DNA of 64,000 nt from Chitinophagaceae bacterium (GTDB lineage Bacteria; Bacteroidota; Bacteroidia; Chitinophagales; Chitinophagaceae): the NCBI GenBank assembly GCA_025449935.1, contig JANWIJ010000037.1, positions 2,055 to 66,054 on the forward strand, in the 5' to 3' direction. Below, in pieces: positions 11,231-19,788 of the stretch. The notes below the pieces were generated by a model. That model had not been told where the DNA came from, ran no database searches, and was given only the letters and a program-made list of their open reading frames with translations. How positions within the stretch are numbered: position 1 is the stretch's first letter; every line of letters starts with the position of its first letter. A program made the translations under genes and the position numbers.

Positions 11231-11875
11231 ATGAGGCAAATTTCTGTTTGTATCGTAGATGATAACCGCGAGCTGCGTAATGCACTGGAGGAGATTTTAA
11301 GCATGTCGGAAGGATATAAATGCATAGGTACCATTGGTACGGCCGAAGACGCCATGACCCAGATACCTATATTAAGACCAGACGTTGTATTGATGGATAT
11401 AAACCTGGGAAGTGAAGAAAGCGGGATTGACTGTGTGAGGGTTTTGAAGCCACGAGTCCCGGATACAAATTTTATGATGTGTACGGTTTACGAAGAGAAT
11501 GAAAAGATATTTGAAGCATTAAGTGCAGGAGCCAGTGGTTATATTTTAAAAAAAACGGACCCAACTCGGATGCTGGAAGCGATCCGGGAATTGTATGAAG
11601 GAGGCGCTCCCATGAGCAGCCAGATTGCCCGCAAGGTTGTAGCGGCTTTCCAGAACCAGCAGTCGCACAGCCATAATGGGGCGGAAGAAATTGATATGTT
11701 ATCAAACAGGGAAAAGGAAATACTTGAATTTCTTTCTAAAGGCCTCATGTATAAAGAAATTGCTTCCCAGCTTTTTTTAAGTCCCGAGACAGTTCGTAAA
11801 CACGTCTACCACATTTACGAGAAACTGCATGTAAACAACCGGGTTGCTGCTGTCAACAAGTTCTACGGACGTTGA
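11231..11875 (+). CDS. NarL/LuxR-family response regulator (REC-HTH), no adjacent kinase
   Basis: IVDDN, phosphoacceptor in VLMDINL, GASGYILK, and LuxR HTH LSNREKEILEFLSKGLMYKEIA..TVRKHV. Confidence 0.95.
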   Translation: MRQISVCIVDDNRELRNALEEILSMSEGYKCIGTIGTAEDAMTQIPILRPDVVLMDINLGSEESGIDCVRVLKPRVPDTNFMMCTVYEENEKIFEALSAGASGYILKKTDPTRMLEAIRELYEGGAPMSSQIARKVVAAFQNQQSHSHNGAEEIDMLSNREKEILEFLSKGLMYKEIASQLFLSPETVRKHVYHIYEKLHVNNRVAAVNKFYGR

Positions 11876-11918
11876 TTTTTGCGGATTTTTCGGACAAATT
11901 CCAGCTTTATTAGCAAAA

Positions 11919-11938
11919 AATACCACTTATGTGGTATT
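11919..11938 (+). promoter_or_regulatory. Perfect palindromic operator AATACCAC-TTAT-GTGGTATT
   Basis: 8-bp inverted repeat seen directly. It resembles a NarL 7-2-7 site and ends 22 nt before TATTTTTG (11960-11967). Confidence 0.65.
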
Positions 11939-11972
11939 GTACCGCTTCTGCGGTCTTCCTATTTTTGAAACA

Positions 11973-12097
11973 CTAATGTGTTTTCTTCTTTATAACTGTT
12001 AACCATTAACCTTTAACCTACGAGTGTAAGCAAAAGAGGGGTTCTTTCAAAAACCTTCAGAAAGCCCCTGCAGGTAAGCTGCAGGGGCTTTTCTTTT
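11973..12097 (+). ncRNA. Candidate small RNA (or micropeptide mRNA)
   Basis: Consensus TAnnTTTG at 11960-11967, then ~125 nt with no ORF longer than 8 codons, then a 13-bp terminator stem with a + strand U-tract. The 5' end is estimated from the promoter position. Confidence 0.45.
12061..12097 (+). terminator. Intrinsic terminator between convergent units
   Basis: AAAGCCCCTGCAG-GTAAG-CTGCAGGGGCTTT followed by TCTTTT. Confidence 0.9.
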
Positions 12098-12112
12098 AAT
12101 TTCCGCGGTCAA

Positions 12113-13951
12113 TTACCATTTTAATTCAAGCTTATTATTTTTCCTGTCCACATCTGCCATCCGGAGGGAGGGATCAATTTCAACAATGGAAAAATCACCG
12201 AGTTTCCTGTTTGTTTCTACGGTATAGGTACTGTGGGTCCATTTCCAGGCATCATATGTTTTCCGGGGAATGGCCGGGTCTTCTATTGGTTTGGCCCCGT
12301 ACATCAGGTCCAGCGGGATATAATGAAGTTCCTTGCTTCCATCCTTAAATGTAATCTGCAGGTCTACCGGCATGGGCATTAACCCGATCCGGTTCAACCG
12401 CACTTTTGTTTTCCCTCCTTCTTCCCATAAACTGTCAATATTGTAGTCAATTGTTTTTACAGAGTTGATCCAATATTCTTTATACCAGTCAAGCTTCATA
12501 TCACTTATTTTTTCCGCGATCCGGATAAAATCGCCCGCATTGGGATGTTTAAAGCTCCATTGCTTATAGTATTGCAGTAAGATCTTATCCCGCACGGGTG
12601 TGCCGGTAATATATCCAAGCTGTTCTAAAAAAACGGCCCCTTTAGAATACACGGCCGGGCCATAGGCGGCATTGGTATTAAAATGATCAGCATGCGTAGA
12701 CAATGGTTCTTCTTTGCCGCTTTTGGCCAGGGAAACATACCCGCTGTAATTTCCAGCGTGTGCAAAGCCGGTATCTTTTGCTAAATAGGCTTCGACCTTG
12801 TCTTCAGCATAAGTAGTAAATCCTTCATCCATCCAGCCATACAATGACTCATTATTACCCAGGACGCCATGATACCAGCTATGGAGCCATTCATGCAGCC
12901 AGGCACCAGGCCCGATGCACAAGGTCGCCATCGGATACTCCATTCCTCCATCCCCACCATGGATGAAAGAATACTGCCGGTAAGGGTAGACACCAAATTT
13001 TTTTTCGATAAAAGGAAGGGCCTTTTCTGCATTATCCAGCACTTCTTCCCACGCCGCGGCCGGCGCGTTGGTTGGTTTATATAATAAATGCAGGGTAACC
13101 GAATCCTTTACTTTCCTGGTCTTATGAATATATTCAGGATCCGCGGCCCACATAAAATCATGCACATTGGGAGCAACAAACCTCCAGGTTAATTTATTAC
13201 CGGCAGGTCTTGTTACGGTGGCCCCGGCACTCTCGTAGCCATAGCCAATCTGGTTGGGGTTTTGCAGGTAACCAGTACCTCCCAGTATGTATTTTTTATC
13301 AATCGTTATACTTACATCAAAATCTCCCCACACACCATAAAACTCACGGCCTACATATGGCGTAGGGTGCCAGCCTTCATAGTCATATTCACACAGTTTT
13401 GGATACCATTGACTCATCGAATAGCGGACCTTTGAAGTGGGATTATCCCGGCCGCTCCGGCGGACCTGCAAAGGCACCTGTGCTTCAAAGTCCATATCAA
13501 ATACCACTTTTGATCTCGGCGCTATTGGTTTGTCCAGTTTAACCTCCAGTATAGTTTCCAGTACTTTAAACGATTGCGGCCGGCCATTCATTTTCAATGA
13601 CAGGATTTTCTGGTAGCCGATCTCCCCGGGTTTCAAATTAATAATCCGGTCTTTTACCCGCTGGTCCCAGTCCTGGCCCCGGCCACTGGTGATGGTTCCC
13701 TGCCTCCTGCTCCGTGTATCCATCATGCTCCCGGGCTGAAAAGCATTAAAATATAAATGATAAAACACTTTTGTCAGTGTATCCGGGGAGTTATTCCAGT
13801 ATTCCAGTTTTTGCTTTCCTGTAAACCGGTTGGTTTGTTCATTCATATCTATTTTCATTACATACTTTACCCGTTGCTGCCAGCGGTCAGGCTGCGCATG
13901 AGACAAGATATGAATACCCATCACCAGAATTAATGACCCATATTTCTTCAT
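12113..13951 (-). CDS. Secreted M1-family metallopeptidase
   Basis: GGMEY exopeptidase motif, HEWLH (HExxH) plus downstream WMDEG, and a signal peptide from MKKYGSL (start moved to 13951). Confidence 0.92.
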   Translation of the reverse strand: MKKYGSLILVMGIHILSHAQPDRWQQRVKYVMKIDMNEQTNRFTGKQKLEYWNNSPDTLTKVFYHLYFNAFQPGSMMDTRSRRQGTITSGRGQDWDQRVKDRIINLKPGEIGYQKILSLKMNGRPQSFKVLETILEVKLDKPIAPRSKVVFDMDFEAQVPLQVRRSGRDNPTSKVRYSMSQWYPKLCEYDYEGWHPTPYVGREFYGVWGDFDVSITIDKKYILGGTGYLQNPNQIGYGYESAGATVTRPAGNKLTWRFVAPNVHDFMWAADPEYIHKTRKVKDSVTLHLLYKPTNAPAAAWEEVLDNAEKALPFIEKKFGVYPYRQYSFIHGGDGGMEYPMATLCIGPGAWLHEWLHSWYHGVLGNNESLYGWMDEGFTTYAEDKVEAYLAKDTGFAHAGNYSGYVSLAKSGKEEPLSTHADHFNTNAAYGPAVYSKGAVFLEQLGYITGTPVRDKILLQYYKQWSFKHPNAGDFIRIAEKISDMKLDWYKEYWINSVKTIDYNIDSLWEEGGKTKVRLNRIGLMPMPVDLQITFKDGSKELHYIPLDLMYGAKPIEDPAIPRKTYDAWKWTHSTYTVETNRKLGDFSIVEIDPSLRMADVDRKNNKLELKW

Positions 13952-14059
13952 AAACCTGTATTTAGCCGTTAAGATGATAAAATTCGGAAAAGGTGGGTTA
14001 CAAGAAAAACAAAATTGACCGGCGGCAGGCATCAGCCGGGCTCCATTCTGCTGAAATGA

Positions 14060-14728
14060 CTAGGTAGTCTTCCCGCCTACAACAATAACGATTTCGCCTT
14101 TTACTGTTTTTGCTTTGAAATAAGCTGTCACTTCTGCCAGCGTGCCTTGCTTGTTTTCTTCAAACATCTTGCTGAGTTCCCTGCTAACACTGCAGGGCCT
14201 GTCTCCGCCAAAAAAACTGATGAATTCTTCCAGTGTTTTTACGAGGCGCATAGGTGACTCATAAAAAATCAATGTCCGGTCTTCATCCGCCAGCCGTTTC
14301 AATAATGTTTGCCTGCCTTTCTTTAATGGCAAAAAACCTTCAAAACAAAACCGGTTCGCAGGTATACCACTATTGACAAGCGCCGGAACAAAAGCCGTGG
14401 CCCCGGGCAGGCATTCTACTTTTATGCCTACTTTAATACACTCCCGGGTCAGTAAAAAAGCCGGGTCAGAAATCCCGGGGGTTCCGGCATCAGTAACAAT
14501 GGCCATTTTTTTCCCTTCCAGCATCTGGCTGACCAGGTGCTGCAACACTTTGTGCTCGTTGTGCTGGTGATAGGGCGAAAGCTGCTTGGTAATTTGATAA
14601 TGATTGAGCAAATGTGAAGTGGTCCGGGTGTCTTCTGCTAATATAACATCTACTTCCTTCAATACCTCCAGCGCCCTGAGTGTAATGTCTTTCAGATTAC
14701 CAATAGGTGTGGGAACAAGATAAAGCAT
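14060..14728 (-). CDS. rsmI: 16S rRNA C1402 2'-O-methyltransferase
   Basis: VPTPIGNLKDIT, AEDTR, DAGTPGISDPA and FYESP motifs. Confidence 0.96.
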   Translation of the reverse strand: MLYLVPTPIGNLKDITLRALEVLKEVDVILAEDTRTTSHLLNHYQITKQLSPYHQHNEHKVLQHLVSQMLEGKKMAIVTDAGTPGISDPAFLLTRECIKVGIKVECLPGATAFVPALVNSGIPANRFCFEGFLPLKKGRQTLLKRLADEDRTLIFYESPMRLVKTLEEFISFFGGDRPCSVSRELSKMFEENKQGTLAEVTAYFKAKTVKGEIVIVVGGKTT

Positions 14729-14740
14729 GAAACTGGAGGG

Positions 14741-14820
14741 GGAATGTGAGAATGTTGGAATGTGGGAATGTGAAAATAAGTCGTTTCAATTCATGCCTGA
14801 TTTTCTATTCTCACACTTCC
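14741..14820. repeat. Degenerate 8-nt tandem (GGAATGTG) with a reverse-complement partner
   Basis: ggaatgtg-agaatgtt-ggaatgtg-ggaatgtg at 14741-14772. The sequence attctcacacttcc at 14807-14820 can pair with it. Confidence 0.7.
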
Positions 14821-14827
14821 AGGTTTT

Positions 14828-15073
14828 CTAATTTATTGATACTTCGAAATATTCCATCACCGGGTTAGCCAATAATCTTTTACTGGCTTCTTCTGCAATT
14901 TGTTTTGCTTTTTCCGTAGAATCCGCATTTATCCGCAGTGTAATGTTTTTACCAATTCTTACTTCTTCTACCCCCATTAAACCAAGGTTTTCCAGTCCTC
15001 CCATCACGGCTTTACCCTGCGGATCCAGCAATTCTTTCAACGGCATCACTTTTATCTGCACTGTATACGTCAT
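14828..15073 (-). CDS. purS: Phosphoribosylformylglycinamidine synthase subunit PurS
   Basis: LLDPQGKAV, VRIGK and LLANPVME motifs; 81 aa. Confidence 0.95.
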   Translation of the reverse strand: MTYTVQIKVMPLKELLDPQGKAVMGGLENLGLMGVEEVRIGKNITLRINADSTEKAKQIAEEASKRLLANPVMEYFEVSIN

Positions 15074-15834
15074 GCTATTTTGTTTTTAAACAACAAAGAT
15101 AAGAGAACATAGGCCAGTACTATCACAGGGGGGGCGAGCCATTTTAAGAATACGACAGCTGCAATGGCCACGAGGGCAAGAATATATTTTGGTAAATTAT
15201 TCTGCAGGCTGTAATCCTTGAACTTTAATGCCATCAAAGGCAGCCTTGAAACCATCAGCCATGAAAGGAGGACTGACAATGCATATAAGAACCATTTATT
15301 CAACAGCAGTTCCTGCACCCATGCGTCATTAACATTCCAATAGATTAAGGGGAGTGAAGCAACAAATATTCCCACCGCGGGTACCGGCATTCCTTTAAAA
15401 GAATAAGACTGGCTGGTATCCAGGTTAAACCTGGCCAGTCTCCAGGCTGCTGCACAAGGCACAATAAAAGCAGGAAGCATCCAGATAACAGATATATCCA
15501 GGGCGTTATTTTCTTTGGCAAGACTCAGCCGCAAAAACTGGTAGATGATCATTCCAGGGGCCACTCCAAAACTTACAACATCGGCCAGCGAATCCAGTTG
15601 TTTTCCCATTCCGGAAGTGGCATGGAAGAGACGGGCGACAAAACCATCTAAAAAATCAACTACAGCAGCAATCCCGATAAATAAGGAGGCCAGCCATATT
15701 TTTTCCGGTATATCAATCCAGGTTGCACCTTCCGCATCACCGGAAATGGTAATGCCGTTCTGTAAAATGTAAACAATAGCCAGGCAACCGAAAACAAGGT
15801 TGAGGAGGGTAAACAGGTTGGGAATTTGCTTCAT
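15070..15834 (-). CDS. CDP-alcohol phosphatidyltransferase (PssA-like)
   Basis: DFLDGFVAR..GKQLDSLADVVSFGVAPG signature, RLARFN and multiple TM helices. Confidence 0.9.
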   Translation of the reverse strand: MKQIPNLFTLLNLVFGCLAIVYILQNGITISGDAEGATWIDIPEKIWLASLFIGIAAVVDFLDGFVARLFHATSGMGKQLDSLADVVSFGVAPGMIIYQFLRLSLAKENNALDISVIWMLPAFIVPCAAAWRLARFNLDTSQSYSFKGMPVPAVGIFVASLPLIYWNVNDAWVQELLLNKWFLYALSVLLSWLMVSRLPLMALKFKDYSLQNNLPKYILALVAIAAVVFLKWLAPPVIVLAYVLLSLLFKNKIA

Positions 15835-15930
15835 GTTGTGGAGTTCATCGTGAATGGTACATTACAAGCGGAACATTACAAAGAAAAGTTTATCGCAATA
15901 ATAGGAAAATGCCATCAACTATGTGCAAAC

Positions 15931-17220
15931 TCATTTCTTCATCAGGGCTTCAATTTCTTCCGCGGTGATCGGAATATTCTTCATCAGGTCCCTGTTCCCG
16001 TTCCGGGTTATCCATAAATTATTCTCAATACGGATGCCCATTTGCTCCTCTTCTATGTAAATACCCGGTTCAACGGTGAAGACCATCCCGGCTTTGATGG
16101 GTGATGTTCTTGTTCCGAGGTCATGTACATCTACCCCAAGGTGATGCGAGATACCGTGATACAGGTACTTCCTGTAGGCCCTGTTCTCCGCGTCTTCATT
16201 TTTTACTTCGGATTTCCTGAGCAACCCGATTTTAAGAAACTGCTTCGTTGCTTCTTCTCCAACTTTATCAGTATAATCAACAATACTGATTCCCGGTTTC
16301 AATAAACTTTTTGCATAATCATGCAGGTGCAGGCAGGCATTGTAAACGGTTTTTTGTCTGCGCGTAAATTTTCCATTTACCGGGACGGTCCTTGTCAGGT
16401 CGGCACAATAGCCTCCGTATTCGGCCCCAAAATCCATTAAAATAAGTTCTCCATCCTTACATTCAGCGTTATTGCTCACATAATGCAGGGTTCTTGCCCG
16501 GTCACCGCTGGCCAGGATACTTCCGTAAGCCGGGCCCGTTGCCCGCTGGCTTAGAAAGGAATGATATATCTCCGCTTCGATTTCATGTTCCATCACCCCG
16601 GGCCTGATAAATTTCAACAGGCGCCGGAATGTTTTTTCAGTGATATCTATAGCCTGTTGCATCACTTCTATTTCAAGCGCCGTTTTAATTCCCCGCAACT
16701 CTTTCATGATCTTCGCGGCCCTCAGGTAATTGTGCAGGGGATAACGGCTCTTCATTTCGTCGATAAACCGGTAGTCCCTCGTTCTTACGAGGCTTGCCTT
16801 GCGGTCATTTTCATTACTGTCCAGGTAAATATTATCGGCCAGGTGCAGCCATGGCTGTAACAGCCCATCCAGGCTATCCAGCCACACAATTGTTTTAATG
16901 CCACTCATGGCCTGGGCCTCGCTTACCCGGAGTCTTTTACCGTCCCATTTTTCTTTTAACTCGTTGGGTCGTACAAGCACCAGCACTTCCCGGTATTTTA
17001 TATCAGGGTTATCAGGGAATAAAATAACCATGCTGTCCTCCTGGCTGATGCCGCTTAGCCAGAAAAGATCACTGTTTTGTTTAAAATGATACAACGCATC
17101 ACCATTCACCGGGACCTCATCGTTGCTTACAAAAATGGCAATGGAATTCTTTTGCATCTGGCGAACAAACCGATCCCGGTTTTGAACAAATATGTCCGGG
17201 TTCAGGGGTAAATATTTCAT
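15931..17220 (-). CDS. pepP: Xaa-Pro aminopeptidase (M24B)
   Basis: DFGAEYGGYCADLTRT, HGISHHLGVDVHD and TVEPG..IRIEN motifs. Confidence 0.9.
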   Translation of the reverse strand: MKYLPLNPDIFVQNRDRFVRQMQKNSIAIFVSNDEVPVNGDALYHFKQNSDLFWLSGISQEDSMVILFPDNPDIKYREVLVLVRPNELKEKWDGKRLRVSEAQAMSGIKTIVWLDSLDGLLQPWLHLADNIYLDSNENDRKASLVRTRDYRFIDEMKSRYPLHNYLRAAKIMKELRGIKTALEIEVMQQAIDITEKTFRRLLKFIRPGVMEHEIEAEIYHSFLSQRATGPAYGSILASGDRARTLHYVSNNAECKDGELILMDFGAEYGGYCADLTRTVPVNGKFTRRQKTVYNACLHLHDYAKSLLKPGISIVDYTDKVGEEATKQFLKIGLLRKSEVKNEDAENRAYRKYLYHGISHHLGVDVHDLGTRTSPIKAGMVFTVEPGIYIEEEQMGIRIENNLWITRNGNRDLMKNIPITAEEIEALMKK

Positions 17221-17487
17221 TGGATGGCAGGTTTTGCTGGTTATTATTAATAAGTGCTTTTCAGGTCGCTAAAGATAACAACCTAAGAGATGAGCGGGCT
17301 GGCTTTCATCACAAAAATGAAAAAAGACCTCAAAATTGGATGATTTTCAGCAAATAAGAACTGTCATTAAATTTCCTTCAATTATTATTTAACACACTAA
17401 ACATTAAATAATACCTCCAGTTGAGGCGTTAATATCTTTTCAATGTGTCGTACTAACACTTGTTTGTGCAAAAACCGTTTTGTAACT

Positions 17488-17495
17488 TACCTTTG
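17488..17495 (+). promoter_or_regulatory. Bacteroidota sigma-70 -7 element for pckA
   Basis: TACCTTTG matches TAnnTTTG and ends 27 nt before the ATG at 17523. Confidence 0.7.
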
Positions 17496-17522
17496 CACCA
17501 TCAACAAACCTGTTTGCCACTT

Positions 17523-19127
17523 ATGTCAGTTCCTACAAGCTCCGTCCCAACGAAAAATCTTGTAAAATTGGGATTTAAGTCTACCGAAAACATTCATTAT
17601 CAATTGTCCCCGGAAGAATTAGTGCAGGACACCCTCCGTACTGGTGAGGGTAAGTTAAATGATACCGGTGCCCTGGTGATCCTCACAGGTGAGTTTACCG
17701 GACGTTCTCCCAAAGACAAATTCACGGTGAAAGATGAGATCACAGCTGACTCGGTACACTGGAATGAGTTTAACATTCCGATTGAACCAAAATATTTCGA
17801 TATTATTTATAAAAAGGTCCTGGATTACCTGGAACAAATTCCTGAGTTATGGATCCGGGATTGTTATGCCTGCGCGGATCCCCGCTACCGGCTGAATGTA
17901 AGGGTCGTTAATGAAAAATCATGGAATAACCTGTTCGCCTATAATATGTTTTTGCGACCCACCGAAGAAGAATTGGAAACGTTTGAACCGGAGTGGCATG
18001 TTATTTCAGCGCCGGGTCTGAAACTGGACGCAAAAGAATGCGGCACCCGCCAGTCCAATGCCGCTATCGTTTCATTTAAGCATAAGATGATATTGATTGC
18101 CGGAACAGGTTATACCGGGGAAACAAAAAAAGGCATTTTCACTATACTTAACTATCTCTTACCCCAGGAAAAAAATGTACTCAGTATGCATTGCAGTGCC
18201 AATATGGGTGCTGACGGCGATACGGCCATTTTTTTTGGCCTCAGCGGGACAGGAAAAACGACGTTAAGTGCCGATCCAAACCGCAAACTGATCGGGGATG
18301 ATGAACATGGCTGGACCGATGATAATATCTTCAATTTTGAAGGGGGGTGCTATGCAAAAACGATCAACCTCACCGAAGAAAAAGAACCTGAGATCTTTCA
18401 TGCCATCAAGCCAGGCGCGCTGCTGGAGAACGTCCCTTTTTATCCCGGCACTAATCAAATCAACTTTGATGACGCCTCAATTACCGAAAATACAAGGGTT
18501 TCTTATCCCCTGAATTTTATCAGTAATTCACTGGAGCCCTCAATCGGCGGACTGCCAAAAAATATATTTTTCCTGACCTGTGATGCTTTTGGTGTATTGC
18601 CCCCGATTTCGAAGTTAACGCCGGGTCAGACCATGTACCAATTCATCTCCGGCTATACGGCGAAAGTTGCCGGAACTGAGGCCGGCGTGACGGAGCCAAA
18701 ACCTACTTTCAGCGCCTGTTTTGGCGCCCCCTTCCTCCCCCTGCATCCAGGTAAATATGCCCAGATGCTGGGAGATAAAATGCAAAAGCATAAAGTGAAC
18801 GTGTGGATGATCAATACCGGTTGGACAGGCGGGCCCCATGGTACCGGCAGCCGGATGAAATTAAAGTACACCCGTGCTATGATAACAGCCGCGCTGGAAG
18901 GAAAATTAAATACTGTTGAATTTGAAACACATCCCGTATTTGGTATGGCCATTCCCAGGGAATGTCCGAACGTACCTGCGCAAGTTTTAAATCCCCGGAA
19001 TACATGGGACGATAAAAGTGCATACGACGAAAAAGCCACCTACCTGGCCAGCCTCTTTGTAAAGAATTTTGAAAAATATGCGAGCGGAGTTTCTGCAGAA
19101 ATACTGGCAGCAGCCCCGAAAGCTTAA
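17523..19127 (+). CDS. pckA: Phosphoenolpyruvate carboxykinase (ATP)
   Basis: TGRSPKDK, MHCSAN, FGLSGTGKTTLS, LIGDDEHGW and NFEGGCYAK motifs. Start moved to MSVPTS. Confidence 0.97.
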   Translation: MSVPTSSVPTKNLVKLGFKSTENIHYQLSPEELVQDTLRTGEGKLNDTGALVILTGEFTGRSPKDKFTVKDEITADSVHWNEFNIPIEPKYFDIIYKKVLDYLEQIPELWIRDCYACADPRYRLNVRVVNEKSWNNLFAYNMFLRPTEEELETFEPEWHVISAPGLKLDAKECGTRQSNAAIVSFKHKMILIAGTGYTGETKKGIFTILNYLLPQEKNVLSMHCSANMGADGDTAIFFGLSGTGKTTLSADPNRKLIGDDEHGWTDDNIFNFEGGCYAKTINLTEEKEPEIFHAIKPGALLENVPFYPGTNQINFDDASITENTRVSYPLNFISNSLEPSIGGLPKNIFFLTCDAFGVLPPISKLTPGQTMYQFISGYTAKVAGTEAGVTEPKPTFSACFGAPFLPLHPGKYAQMLGDKMQKHKVNVWMINTGWTGGPHGTGSRMKLKYTRAMITAALEGKLNTVEFETHPVFGMAIPRECPNVPAQVLNPRNTWDDKSAYDEKATYLASLFVKNFEKYASGVSAEILAAAPKA

Positions 19128-19147
19128 GTTATAGATCTGGACGAAAT

Positions 19148-19180
19148 AACCCTGTCCCGCCCTGGCGTGACGGGGTTTTT
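19148..19180 (+). terminator. Intrinsic terminator after pckA, containing a CCTGTCCCG hairpin core
   Basis: AACCCTGTC-CCGCCCTGGCGT-GACGGGGTT followed by a T-tract. Confidence 0.8.
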
Positions 19181-19248
19181 CATTTTTTTAACGACCCCGC
19201 TTGCAGCATGTAAAATTTTAAAACCGACTTTACGTTGACAATTAGCCC

Positions 19249-19788
19249 ATGCAAAAACTGTTAAAATACCTGTTACTTTTTCTACTGATACCGGTGGGTG
19301 TGGAGGCCCAGGACAAAGATGAAGAGTTACTCAACTGGAATGCATCCCGCAAACTGAATTGGGCAGATTATAAAGCAAGTCCTGATCCCGGGAGCGATGC
19401 TGCAGCATCTACAACCACTTACCTGGGAATTGAATATAATATTACACCCAATAACTTCAGTTACAAGATCCAGTCAAGATTTTCCAGGACCCGGTCCTGG
19501 GGATTGCATAAAACAGCGTATATATTAAGCCACGAGCAGGGGCATTTTGACATTGCCGAAATATTTGCCCGTAAGCTGCATCAAAAAATGTCTGCGTATA
19601 AATTCAACAGCAAAACATTCCGCAAGGACCTCAAGAAAATTTATGAGGAAATAACAAAAGAAAAAGAAGACATGCAAAATGAATACGATAAAGAAACCCG
19701 CCACAGCATTCATAAAGGAAAGCAGGCGGAGTGGCTGAAGAATATTGAACAAATGCTGGAGGAATATGAACCATATAAAAACTATTGA
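19249..19788 (+). CDS. Secreted DUF922-like putative Zn metalloprotease
   Basis: Signal peptide, W..RKLNWADY and the HEQGHFDIAE motif. Confidence 0.8.
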   Translation: MQKLLKYLLLFLLIPVGVEAQDKDEELLNWNASRKLNWADYKASPDPGSDAAASTTTYLGIEYNITPNNFSYKIQSRFSRTRSWGLHKTAYILSHEQGHFDIAEIFARKLHQKMSAYKFNSKTFRKDLKKIYEEITKEKEDMQNEYDKETRHSIHKGKQAEWLKNIEQMLEEYEPYKNY

